NCBI RefSeq assembly: GCF_016127575.1
Contig: NZ_CP066018.1
Location: forward strand, 3,210,001 to 3,242,000
Source: Cupriavidus necator
GTDB taxonomy: Bacteria; Pseudomonadota; Gammaproteobacteria; Burkholderiales; Burkholderiaceae
Reading direction: 5' to 3'
Length of the DNA: 32,000 nucleotides
Translations under genes and position numbers: made by a program
Notes under the pieces: model-generated
Seen by the model: only the letters and a program-made list of their open reading frames with translations
Databases searched by the model: none
Told to the model about the DNA's origin: nothing
Shown: piece by piece, positions 15,107 to 23,398 of the stretch
How the letters are laid out: the number at the start of each line of letters is the position of its first letter
Numbering within the stretch: the stretch's first letter is position 1

Positions 15107-16267
15107 ATGTCCCGACAAGAAGCCAGCTACCACGCGCCGCGCAAGATGTTCGCGCCGGAGCACGAGATGTACCGCGACAGCGTCGCCCGTTTCCTGGCTG
15201 ACAAGGTCATGCCCGGACACGCCGAATGGGAAGCCGCTGGCCTGGTTCCGCGCGATCTCTGGCGCGATGCCGGCGCCCACGGCCTGCTGTGCCCCGGCTT
15301 GCCCGAAGCCTACGGCGGTGCCGGCGGCGACTTCCTGCACAGCGCCATCGTGGTGGAAGAGATCGCCCGGGCCCTGGCCAGCGGCGTGACGGGGTTCACC
15401 ACGCACTCGGAGAACGTCGCGCCGTACCTGCTGGAGTTCGGCACCGAGGCGCAGAAGCGTGAGTTCCTGCCGCGCATGGCCAGCGGCGATGTGGTTGGAT
15501 CGATCGCGATGACCGAGCCGGGGGCGGGTAGCGACCTGAAGGCCATCCGCACCAGCGCTGTCAAGGTGGATGGTGGTTACCGGCTCAACGGCCAGAAGAC
15601 CTTTATCACCAATGGCTACCACGCTGACCGCGTGCTGGTGTTCGCCAAGACAGAGCCGGCCGCCGGTGCGCGCGGCATCAGCCTGTTCTGGGTCGACACC
15701 ACCAGCCCCGGGTTCAGCCGCGGCCGCCTGCTGGACAAGATCGGCCAGAAGGCCCAGGACACCGCTGAACTCTTCTTCGAGGACGTCCTCGTGCCGGACG
15801 ACATGCTGGTCGGCGAGCGCAATGCCGGCTTCGGCTACGCCATGAGCGGGCTGGTGCGTGAGCGCCTGCTGATCGCCTTGCGTTGCGCCGTGGCGCTGGA
15901 GGTGGCGCTTGACTGGACCATCGCGCATGTCAAGGAACGCCGTGCCTTCGACAAGGCGCTGATCGACAACCAGTTCATCCGCTTCCGCCTGGCCGAAATC
16001 AAGACGCATGCGTGTGCCACGCGTGCCTTCGTCGACAGCTGCCTTGAACAATACCTGGCCGGCACGCTGACGCCCGATGGTGCCGCCATGGCCAAGTACT
16101 GGGCCGGCGAGGCCACGCGGGCCATCGATGACCTGATGCAGTTCTTTGGCGGCTACGGCTATATGCGCGAATACCCCATCGCCCGTGCCTACACCGACGT
16201 GCGTCCGAACCGGATCTACGGCGGTTCGGCCGAAATCATGCGCGAAGTCATCGCGCGCGCACTCTGA
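15107..16267 (+). CDS. Acyl-CoA dehydrogenase
   Basis: MSRQEASYHAPRKMFAPEHEMYRDSVARFL...MTEPGAGSDL...GQKTFITNG...GGYGYMREYPIARAYTDVRPNRIYGGSAEIMREVIARAL, the classic ACAD layout. Confidence 0.9.
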   Translation: MSRQEASYHAPRKMFAPEHEMYRDSVARFLADKVMPGHAEWEAAGLVPRDLWRDAGAHGLLCPGLPEAYGGAGGDFLHSAIVVEEIARALASGVTGFTTHSENVAPYLLEFGTEAQKREFLPRMASGDVVGSIAMTEPGAGSDLKAIRTSAVKVDGGYRLNGQKTFITNGYHADRVLVFAKTEPAAGARGISLFWVDTTSPGFSRGRLLDKIGQKAQDTAELFFEDVLVPDDMLVGERNAGFGYAMSGLVRERLLIALRCAVALEVALDWTIAHVKERRAFDKALIDNQFIRFRLAEIKTHACATRAFVDSCLEQYLAGTLTPDGAAMAKYWAGEATRAIDDLMQFFGGYGYMREYPIARAYTDVRPNRIYGGSAEIMREVIARAL

Positions 16268-16274
16268 ATTCACC

Positions 16275-17435
16275 ATGACCAAGAACCTCTCTCGCTCGGT
16301 CGCCATCGTGGGTGCCGCGGAATCCGACCTGGGCAAGGTGCCCGGCAAGACGGCACTGGAGTTGCAGGCGCAGGCCGCGCGGCTGGCGCTGCAGGGCGCG
16401 GGGCTGTCGCTGCGCGATGTGGATGCCGTGTTCGCGCATACCGATGACCGCTTTGCCACCGTGCAGCTGGCCGAATACCTCGGTATCCAGCCACGGTACG
16501 TCGACTCCAGCAACGTCGGCGGCATGTCCAACCTGATGCACATCCGCCATGCGATGGCGGCCATTGCCGCCGGCATGTGTTCGGTGGCGCTGGTGACCTA
16601 TGGCAGTACGCAACTGTCCGACGGCTCGCGCAAGAGTGGCGCCGTCGCCCCGGATACGCCGGAGTCGCCGCGTGGCCAGTTCATCGCGCCTTATGGCCAG
16701 CTCAGCCCGATCGGCTACTACGCAATGGTTGCCCAGTTGCACATGCATCGCTACGGCACCACGTCCAGGGATCTCGCCGAGGTGGCAGTGGCGGCGCGGC
16801 GCTGGGCGCAGCTGAATCCGAAGGCATACCGGCGCGAGCAAACCAGCATCGAGGAGGTCATGGCGTCGCCTGTGATCGCGTCGCCGCTGCGTACGCGTGA
16901 CTGCTGCCTCGTCACGGATGGCGGTGGCGCACTGATCATCACCTCCGCCGATCGTGCCCGAGACCTGAAGTCGAAGCCGGTCTATGTGATGGGCGCAGCC
17001 GAGACCTTCTCGCACCACTACACCCCGTTCAGCACGGCGGACTGGCTGGATACGCGCGTCGCCGAGACGGCGGACGAAGCGTTCGGCATGGCTGGCGTCA
17101 CCCGCGAAGACATCGACGTGGTGCAGATCTATGACCACTTCACCATCGGCGTCATCCAGTCGCTGGAAGAACTGGGCTTTTGCAAGCGAGGCGAGGGCGG
17201 TGCCTTCGTCGCCGATGGCGCCCTGGGCCCGGGTGGCCGCTTCCCCATCAATACCTCCGGCGGCGGCCTTTCCTACGGCCACCCTGGCATGTTCGGCATG
17301 TTCGTGCTGATCGAGGCCGTGCGCCAGTTGCGCGGGGAGTGCGGCGAGCGGCAATTGCCCGATGCCGAACTGGCGCTGTGCCATGCGCCCGGACTGGTCT
17401 TCTCCTGCAACACCACCATGATCCTCGGAGTCTGA
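16275..17435 (+). CDS. Thiolase-fold (SCP-x/Ltp-like) protein that appears to lack the nucleophilic Cys; possible retro-aldolase
   Basis: VAIVGAAESDLGK...RYVDSSNVGGMSNLMHIRHAMAAIAAG (no Cys where thiolases have CxSG)...NTSGGGLSYGHPGMFG. The downstream DUF35 gene starts 3 nt after its stop. Confidence 0.8.
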   Translation: MTKNLSRSVAIVGAAESDLGKVPGKTALELQAQAARLALQGAGLSLRDVDAVFAHTDDRFATVQLAEYLGIQPRYVDSSNVGGMSNLMHIRHAMAAIAAGMCSVALVTYGSTQLSDGSRKSGAVAPDTPESPRGQFIAPYGQLSPIGYYAMVAQLHMHRYGTTSRDLAEVAVAARRWAQLNPKAYRREQTSIEEVMASPVIASPLRTRDCCLVTDGGGALIITSADRARDLKSKPVYVMGAAETFSHHYTPFSTADWLDTRVAETADEAFGMAGVTREDIDVVQIYDHFTIGVIQSLEELGFCKRGEGGAFVADGALGPGGRFPINTSGGGLSYGHPGMFGMFVLIEAVRQLRGECGERQLPDAELALCHAPGLVFSCNTTMILGV

Positions 17436-17438
17436 AGC

Positions 17439-17849
17439 ATGAGCGAAGCACAACGTCCCCTGCCGCGTCCCACCGAGATCACCGAAGGCTACTGGCATGC
17501 GGCGGCGCAGGGCCGGCTGGTGGTGCAAGGCTGCCGCGCCTGTGGCCACCGCCAGTTCTATCCGCGCACGCTGTGCCTTGCGTGCGAATCGGACCAGGTC
17601 GACTGGACGGAGGTCTGCGGCTTTGGCTCGATCTATACCTTCACCATCAACCATCGCGCACCCAATGCCTTCATGAAGGCGCGGCTGCCGTACGCCGTTG
17701 CCATCGTCGAACTTGACGAAGGTGTGCGCATGATGGCGAACATCCTCAACGCATCGCCCGAGGCCATTGCTATCGGCAAGCGCGTGCGAGTGGTGTTCGA
17801 GAAGGCGAGTGACGACGTGAGCCTGCCGCAGTTCGAATTGATCGACTGA
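17439..17849 (+). CDS. Zn-ribbon + OB-fold protein (DUF35 family)
   Basis: 136 aa. CRACGHRQFYPRTLCLACES gives a CxxC-x10-CxxC zinc ribbon, followed by an OB-fold segment GSIYTFTINHR...VAIVELDEGVRMMANI. Confidence 0.85.
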   Translation: MSEAQRPLPRPTEITEGYWHAAAQGRLVVQGCRACGHRQFYPRTLCLACESDQVDWTEVCGFGSIYTFTINHRAPNAFMKARLPYAVAIVELDEGVRMMANILNASPEAIAIGKRVRVVFEKASDDVSLPQFELID

Positions 17850-17874
17850 CCCAATCCTGCCCCAAGGAGGGCCC

Positions 17875-18867
17875 ATGCCCATCATCACTGTGCCGCGGCG
17901 GCGTGCTGCCCTGGCCGCGCTGGCGTGCATCGCCGCACTGCCGGCCTGGTCGCACGCCGCGGACGATTCTGCCTATCCGCAAAAGCCCATCCGGCTGGTC
18001 GTGCCATTCCCGGCCGGAGGCGGATCCGACACCGTGGCCCGCTTGCTCGGCCGCGAGCTGACGGCGATGTGGGGCCAGACGGTGGTGGTCGAGAACAGGC
18101 CCGGTGGCAGCGGCGCGATTGGCACAGGCGCGGTCGCGAAGGCTGCACCGGACGGCTATACGCTGCTGTTGGGCGCAACGCCGCTGGTGCAGTTGCAGGG
18201 CGCCTACAAGTCACTGCCCTATGACACCTTCCGCGACTTCGCGCCGCTGGCGCGCCTGGCGCTCTCGTCGGACGTATTTGCCGCTCCGGTATCCACCCGC
18301 GTTGCCAGCGTGAGCGAGCTGCTGTCCGCGGCCCGGGCCACGCCTGGCAAGATCAGCTACGGCTCCTACGGCAACGGCACCTCCTCCCACATGCACGGGG
18401 AATTGCTGCGGATGCAGGGGGACGTCGACCTGACCCACGTGGCCTACAAGGGCGGCTCGCCACTGATCCAGGACTTGCTGGGTGGGCAGGTGAGTTCCGG
18501 GTTTGTGGATGTGGCCAGCGGCAAGGCCGCGCTCAACTCCCCGAAGATCAAGGTACTGGCCGTCACGGGCGAGCGCCGGCTGGCGCTGCTGCCGGAGGTG
18601 CCGACCTTTACCGAACTGGGCTACCGTGATTTCGAGCCAAACGGCTGGTATGGCCTGTTCGTGCCGGCGGCGACGCCGAAGGCGGTGACGGACAAGCTAT
18701 CCGCGGCGGTGCTGGCAATCCTGGCCAAGCCGGCCATGCAAACGGCGATTCGTGAGCAAGGCCTGGAGCCGGGAACGCTGGAGCCCGAGGCATTCCTGAA
18801 GCTGATGCGGCGCGACGCCGAGATCTGGGGACGGATCGCGGCCAACGCGCGCATCACGCTTGACTGA
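17875..18867 (+). CDS. Bug/TctC-family TTT substrate-binding protein
   Basis: AAGGAGG RBS and signal RRRAALAALACIAALPAWSHA. Contains PIRLVVPFPAGGGSDTVAR and YKGGSPLIQDLLGGQV. Confidence 0.9.
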   Translation: MPIITVPRRRAALAALACIAALPAWSHAADDSAYPQKPIRLVVPFPAGGGSDTVARLLGRELTAMWGQTVVVENRPGGSGAIGTGAVAKAAPDGYTLLLGATPLVQLQGAYKSLPYDTFRDFAPLARLALSSDVFAAPVSTRVASVSELLSAARATPGKISYGSYGNGTSSHMHGELLRMQGDVDLTHVAYKGGSPLIQDLLGGQVSSGFVDVASGKAALNSPKIKVLAVTGERRLALLPEVPTFTELGYRDFEPNGWYGLFVPAATPKAVTDKLSAAVLAILAKPAMQTAIREQGLEPGTLEPEAFLKLMRRDAEIWGRIAANARITLD

Positions 18868-18998
18868 GCGGTGTCGCAGGCCGGGCCGCCCTCCCTGTTC
18901 CGGGGAGGCCGCGCCTGGCCGGACGGCTGATAGCCTCCAAGACTCCAACGTACTGTACGGAAGACCTTCACTTTCATGCTGAATCAGGGGGATCGTTC

Positions 18999-20114
18999 AT
19001 GCTTTCCGGTGTAAAAGTTGTCGAGATTTGCGGGATCGGTCCAGGCCCGTTCTGCGCGATGCACCTCGCCGATCTCGGCGCCGATGTGATTGCCGTGGAA
19101 CGCGCGGCACCGGCCAACGATGCGGCGCTATCCACCGAAGGCTACGTGCTGAACCGGGGCAAGCGCTCGGTGGTTGCCGACCTGAAAACGGCCGAAGGGC
19201 GTGAGCTGGTGCTGGCACTGATCCAGGATGCCGACGCGCTGATCGAAGGCATGCGCCCCGGCGTCATGGAGCGCCTGGGGCTGGGCCCGGATGTCTGCCT
19301 GCAACGCAATCCCCGCCTGGTCTACGGGCGCATGACAGGATGGGGGCAGAGCGGCCCGATGGTGCAGGCCGCGGGGCATGACAACAACTACATCTCGCTT
19401 TCCGGCGCGCTGTACTACCACGGCACGCCTGCAGAGCCGCCGTCGTCGGCCATTACCGTGGTGGGCGACGTCGGCGGTGGCGCGCTTTACCTGGCGGTGG
19501 GCCTGCTGTCAGGCATCCTCAACGCCCGCGCCACCGGAAAGGGAACCGTGGTGGATGCATCCATCGTGGATGGCTCGGCCCATATGCTGCAGCTGTTGCT
19601 GTCCACGCGCCGCAAGGGCTTCATCACCGGCGAGCGCGGCAACAATATCCACGATGCCTCTCATTTCTATTCGACCTACCGCTGCGCGGACGGGAAGTTC
19701 GTCACGCTCGGCTCGATCGAGCCGCAGTTCTACGCGCTGCTGCTGGAAAAGCTGGGCCTGACCGAGGATCCGCGCTTCGCCCGGCAATGGGACCGCGAGC
19801 GTTGGCCGGAGCTGCATCGGCACTTCGAAGAACTCTTTGCCACCAGGACTCGCGCGCAATGGTGCGCTCTGCTGGAAAACACCGACGTCTGTTTCGGCCC
19901 GGTGCTGAGCCCGGAAGAGGCCGCCGGGCATCCGCACCTTGCCGCGCGGGGCGTCTACTTCGAAGCGGAGGGCCATCTGCAGGCTGCCCCCGCGCCGCGC
20001 TTCGATGGCAAGGCCATGGCGGCGGGCGCGATTCCACGGCGCGGCCAGCACACTGGCGAGATTATGGCCGCAACAAACGCCAGCCACCCCAGCGGCATCT
20101 GGAAGACCGGCTGA
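18999..20114 (+). CDS. Alpha-methylacyl-CoA racemase (family III CoA-transferase fold, Mcr/AMACR-like)
   Basis: LSGVKVVEICGIGPGPFCAMHLADLGADVIAVER...MTGWGQSGP..AAGHDNNYISLSG...VVGDVGGGALY...GSIEPQFYALLLEKLGL...APAPRF closely parallels M. tuberculosis MCR, including the catalytic His (GHD) and Asp (GD.GGG) contexts. Confidence 0.8.
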   Translation: MLSGVKVVEICGIGPGPFCAMHLADLGADVIAVERAAPANDAALSTEGYVLNRGKRSVVADLKTAEGRELVLALIQDADALIEGMRPGVMERLGLGPDVCLQRNPRLVYGRMTGWGQSGPMVQAAGHDNNYISLSGALYYHGTPAEPPSSAITVVGDVGGGALYLAVGLLSGILNARATGKGTVVDASIVDGSAHMLQLLLSTRRKGFITGERGNNIHDASHFYSTYRCADGKFVTLGSIEPQFYALLLEKLGLTEDPRFARQWDRERWPELHRHFEELFATRTRAQWCALLENTDVCFGPVLSPEEAAGHPHLAARGVYFEAEGHLQAAPAPRFDGKAMAAGAIPRRGQHTGEIMAATNASHPSGIWKTG

Positions 20115-20354
20115 TTGTTGATGCGCTGGCCAGGCCAAGAGCCGGCCGGCGCGGTTGCGCGCTGGACGATGGCCATGACGTCTCGGCTTCCACCGCGGCA
20201 TGACCGCGGGCTGCTGCTTCCCGAAATTTCCCACTCGATCCTGAACGGTGCCTTGACGGCTCCGCGCTATGCCGCGTCGGCTGCTGTCGACGCGATGCCA
20301 TGGCATGGCAGGCGGCGAGTGCGGCTGCACGTTCCCGCGTGAGGCACTTCCACG

Positions 20355-20376
20355 AGAAAACATAAGGTTTTCTTAT
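20355..20376. promoter_or_regulatory. Nested palindromes AGAAAAC-ataag-GTTTTCT and ATAAG-N5-CTTAT (T-N11-A type), candidate regulator site upstream of the carboxylase operon
   Basis: Read directly. Arms lie at 20355-20361/20367-20373 and at 20362-20366/20372-20376, about 50 nt upstream of ATG 20426, in the only AT-rich patch of a 311-bp spacer. Confidence 0.4.
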
Positions 20377-20425
20377 CAAATCGGGATGAATTTCTAACTG
20401 GAAGCTCTCGTGCCAGGAGGCCATC

Positions 20426-22129
20426 ATGCAGCAGTCAGACACGCTTCGAATCCACGTACGAGCCAGCATGCGATGGCCACAAGGGCAGAAGATGGCAGAG
20501 AACAATATCACTCAGGACGCAACGATTTCAGGCGCACGTCCTTTGACGTCAGGCGCCGAACGCAACCGTGAGCACATGCTGGCGATGCTGGGCCAGGTGC
20601 GGGAACTGGAGCAACGGACGGTCAGAAAATCTGCAAGGGCGGCAGATTCATTTCATGCCCGAGGCAAGCTGTTGCCACGGGAGCGGCTGGCGCACCTGCT
20701 GGACGCCGACCGCCCGTTCTTTGAACTCATGACCCTGGCCGGGTATTGCGGCCTCGAAGATCCGGACCCGGCCACCAGCGTACCCGGTGCGGCACTCATA
20801 GTCGGCATCGGCTATATCGAGGGGGTGCGCTGCATGATCGCGGTAAACGACTCGGGCATCAGCGCCGGTGCGATGCAGGCGCTGACCGGCCAGAAGCTGA
20901 TTCGGGCGCAGGAGATTGCGCTTGCCCAGAAGCTGCCATTTGTCCAGTTGGTCGAAAGCGCGGGGGGGAACCTGCGCAAATACCGGGTCGAACGCTTCGT
21001 CGTGGGTGGCGGCATGTTCTACAACCTGGCGCGGCTGTCCGCGGCCGGCGTGCCGGTGGTGTCTCTCATCCATGGATCTTCGGCCGCTGGTGGTGCCTAT
21101 CTGCCGGGACTTTCCGACCACGTCATCATGGTGCGGCGCCAGGCCCATGCGTACCTGGCCGGGCCCTCGTTGCTGCGTGCCGCGACAGGCGAGGAGGCGA
21201 GCGATGAGGAGCTCGGTGGGGCCGACATGCACGCCAGCGTCTCCGGCCTCGCCGACCACGTCGCCGACAACGATCTTGATGGCATTGCCTGCCTGCGAGA
21301 GGTGATGGATACGATCGGTTGGCGCGATGTGCCGGGCGGCGAGAGCTGGGACGAGCCCCTTGAGCCTGCCGGGGACCTGCTGAGGCTGATGCCGGTCGAC
21401 ACCCGCACGCCCGTCGACATGCGCGAAGTGATTGCGCGCATTGTCGATGGATCCCGCTTCAGGGAATTCAAGGCGATGTACGGGGCTCACACCGTCTGCG
21501 GTCATGCCCGTATCCAGGGGCACCACGTGGGGATCCTGACGAACAATGGGCCGCTCGACTGCGATGGCTCCACCAAGGCGGCGCAGTTCATCCAGTCGTG
21601 CGTGCAGTTGGGCCGGCCGCTTGTCTTCCTGCAGAACATCACCGGCTTCATGGTCGGGCGCGAGCATGAGCAGGCGGGGATGATCAAGCACGGCGCCAAG
21701 CTGATCCAGGCGCTGTCCAATGCGCCGGTGCCGCGCCTGACCATATTGTGCGGTTCGTCCTTTGGCGCCGGCAACTATGGCATGTGCGGCCGCGCCTTTC
21801 GCCCCGACTTCCTTTTCTCCTGGCCGAATGCGCGCACGGCGGTCATGGGCGGCGAGCAGGCCGCCATGACCATGCGGCTGGTCGCCGAGAACGCCGCCCG
21901 CCGCAGCGGAAACTCCGCCGACGAACGGGCGATCGAGGCCGAGAGCCGCGACATCGTCGCTACCTTCGATCGTCAATCCAGCGCGATCCACACCAGCAGC
22001 CTGCTGCTCGATGACGGGATCATCGACCCGAGAGACACGCGGTCCTGGCTGGGCATGGCCCTGGCCACGGTGGAACAGGCGAAGCACCGCACCGTGCAAC
22101 CGATGCAGTTCGGCGTCGCCCGCCTCTAG
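20426..22129 (+). CDS. Acyl-CoA carboxylase carboxyltransferase (beta) subunit, methylcrotonyl/geranyl-CoA carboxylase type
   Basis: AGGAGG RBS 7 nt upstream. 567 aa containing LPRERLAHLLD...SAGAM...FVQLVESAGGNL...SSAAGGAYLPGLSD...LQNITGFMVGREHEQAGMIKHGAKL...SFGAGNYGMCGRA, typical of MccB/AtuC/LiuB. Confidence 0.9.
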   Translation: MQQSDTLRIHVRASMRWPQGQKMAENNITQDATISGARPLTSGAERNREHMLAMLGQVRELEQRTVRKSARAADSFHARGKLLPRERLAHLLDADRPFFELMTLAGYCGLEDPDPATSVPGAALIVGIGYIEGVRCMIAVNDSGISAGAMQALTGQKLIRAQEIALAQKLPFVQLVESAGGNLRKYRVERFVVGGGMFYNLARLSAAGVPVVSLIHGSSAAGGAYLPGLSDHVIMVRRQAHAYLAGPSLLRAATGEEASDEELGGADMHASVSGLADHVADNDLDGIACLREVMDTIGWRDVPGGESWDEPLEPAGDLLRLMPVDTRTPVDMREVIARIVDGSRFREFKAMYGAHTVCGHARIQGHHVGILTNNGPLDCDGSTKAAQFIQSCVQLGRPLVFLQNITGFMVGREHEQAGMIKHGAKLIQALSNAPVPRLTILCGSSFGAGNYGMCGRAFRPDFLFSWPNARTAVMGGEQAAMTMRLVAENAARRSGNSADERAIEAESRDIVATFDRQSSAIHTSSLLLDDGIIDPRDTRSWLGMALATVEQAKHRTVQPMQFGVARL

Positions 22130-22216
22130 CCACAAGGCGGCGCTGCGCGCCGGCACCTTCGCGTGCCGGGCGGCTTGCCGCGCCCCATCCCTTCGAACCA
22201 CAAGGAGACACGAAAG

Positions 22217-23383
22217 ATGATGACCCCCGACCACATCGCGCTGCAGGATAGCGTACGCAAGCTGATCGACCGGGAGATCGAACCCCATGTCGAAAAATGG
22301 GAGGCTGACGAAATCTTTCCCGCGCACGAAGTGTTCAAGAAGCTCGGCTCGGCGGGTTATCTCGGCGTGAACAAGCCCGTGGAATTCGGCGGCATGGGGC
22401 TGGATTACTCATATGAGATTGCCTTTTGCGAGGCCATCGGCGGCATCAGCGCAGGCGGCGTCGGCATGGCCATCGCGGTGCAGACTGACATGGCAACTCC
22501 GGCGCTGGCGCGATTTGGCTCCGACGAATTGCGGGAGACCTTTCTCAAGCCGACCGTCGCGGGCGACTTCGTGGTGTGCCTGGGCGTGTCGGAAGCGGGT
22601 GCCGGTTCGGACGTGGCATCGCTGAAGACCACGGCGCGCAAGGATGGCTCCGACTATGTGATCAACGGCTCCAAGATGTGGATCACGAACGGGCTGCAAG
22701 CCGACTGGATGTGCCTGTTGGCGAACACCAGCGATGGAGATATCCACCGCAACAAGTCGCTCATCTGCCTGCCGCTGAGGGAAGGCGGGAAGCTGCGTCC
22801 CGGCATCACGATGAACAAGATCAAGAAGGTCGGCATGTGGTCCTCCGACACCGCCCAGGTATTTTTCGACGACGTTCGCGTGCCCCAGCGCTACCGCATC
22901 GGAGATGAGGGCATGGGCTTCACCTACCAGATGCGTCAGTTCCAGGAGGAGCGCCTCAGTGGCGCTACCCGCCGGGTCACCGCGCTCACCAATGCGATCA
23001 ACGAAACCATTGAATACACCCGTCAGCGCAAGGCATTCGGGCGCTCGATCCTGGACAACCAGGCGGTCCATTTCCGGCTGGCTGAGCTGAAGACGGAAGT
23101 CGAGCTGCTGCGATCCGTTATCTACCGCGCGGCACAGGTGCACATGTCGGGCGGCGACATGACCGAGCTGGCATCCATGGCCAAGCTCAAGGCCGGCCGC
23201 TTGTGCCGTGAGGTGACCGATTCCTGCCTGCAGTACTGGGGCGGCATGGGCTTCACCTGGGACAACCGTGTATCGCGCGCCTGGCGGGACCTGCGGCTGA
23301 TCTCCATTGGCGGGGGAGCCGACGAGATCATGCTGACGATCATCTGCAAGCACATGGGGATCCTGCCGAAACGGGCGGCCTGA
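22217..23383 (+). CDS. Acyl-CoA dehydrogenase (isovaleryl/citronellyl-CoA dehydrogenase-like)
   Basis: AAGGAGA RBS. MMTPDHIALQDSVRKLIDREIEPHVEKWEADEIFP...VSEAGAGSDVASLKT...GSKMWITNG...WGGMGFTWDNRVSRAWRDLRLISIGGGADEIM. Confidence 0.9.
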   Translation: MMTPDHIALQDSVRKLIDREIEPHVEKWEADEIFPAHEVFKKLGSAGYLGVNKPVEFGGMGLDYSYEIAFCEAIGGISAGGVGMAIAVQTDMATPALARFGSDELRETFLKPTVAGDFVVCLGVSEAGAGSDVASLKTTARKDGSDYVINGSKMWITNGLQADWMCLLANTSDGDIHRNKSLICLPLREGGKLRPGITMNKIKKVGMWSSDTAQVFFDDVRVPQRYRIGDEGMGFTYQMRQFQEERLSGATRRVTALTNAINETIEYTRQRKAFGRSILDNQAVHFRLAELKTEVELLRSVIYRAAQVHMSGGDMTELASMAKLKAGRLCREVTDSCLQYWGGMGFTWDNRVSRAWRDLRLISIGGGADEIMLTIICKHMGILPKRAA

Positions 23384-23398
23384 TCAACGGAGAGTCAC

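Noticed and set aside
20115-20342. 75-aa plus-strand ORF and the overlapping minus-strand ORFs in the long spacer.
   Set aside because: There is no RBS, the products are Arg/Pro/Ala-rich, and I could recognise no family pattern in any of the six frames.
3789-22169. GC-rich hairpins without U-tracts: GGCGGGC-N7-GCCCGCC at 3789-3809, GCGCCGGC-N5-GCCGGCGC at 6428-6448, CCTCCC-N7-GGGAGG near 18885-18905, and CCGGCAC-N6-GTGCCGG at 22150-22169.
   Set aside because: Short perfect stems are common by chance in ~66% GC DNA, and none has a terminator T-tract. They may be intercistronic stabilisers, but the sequence alone gives no support.
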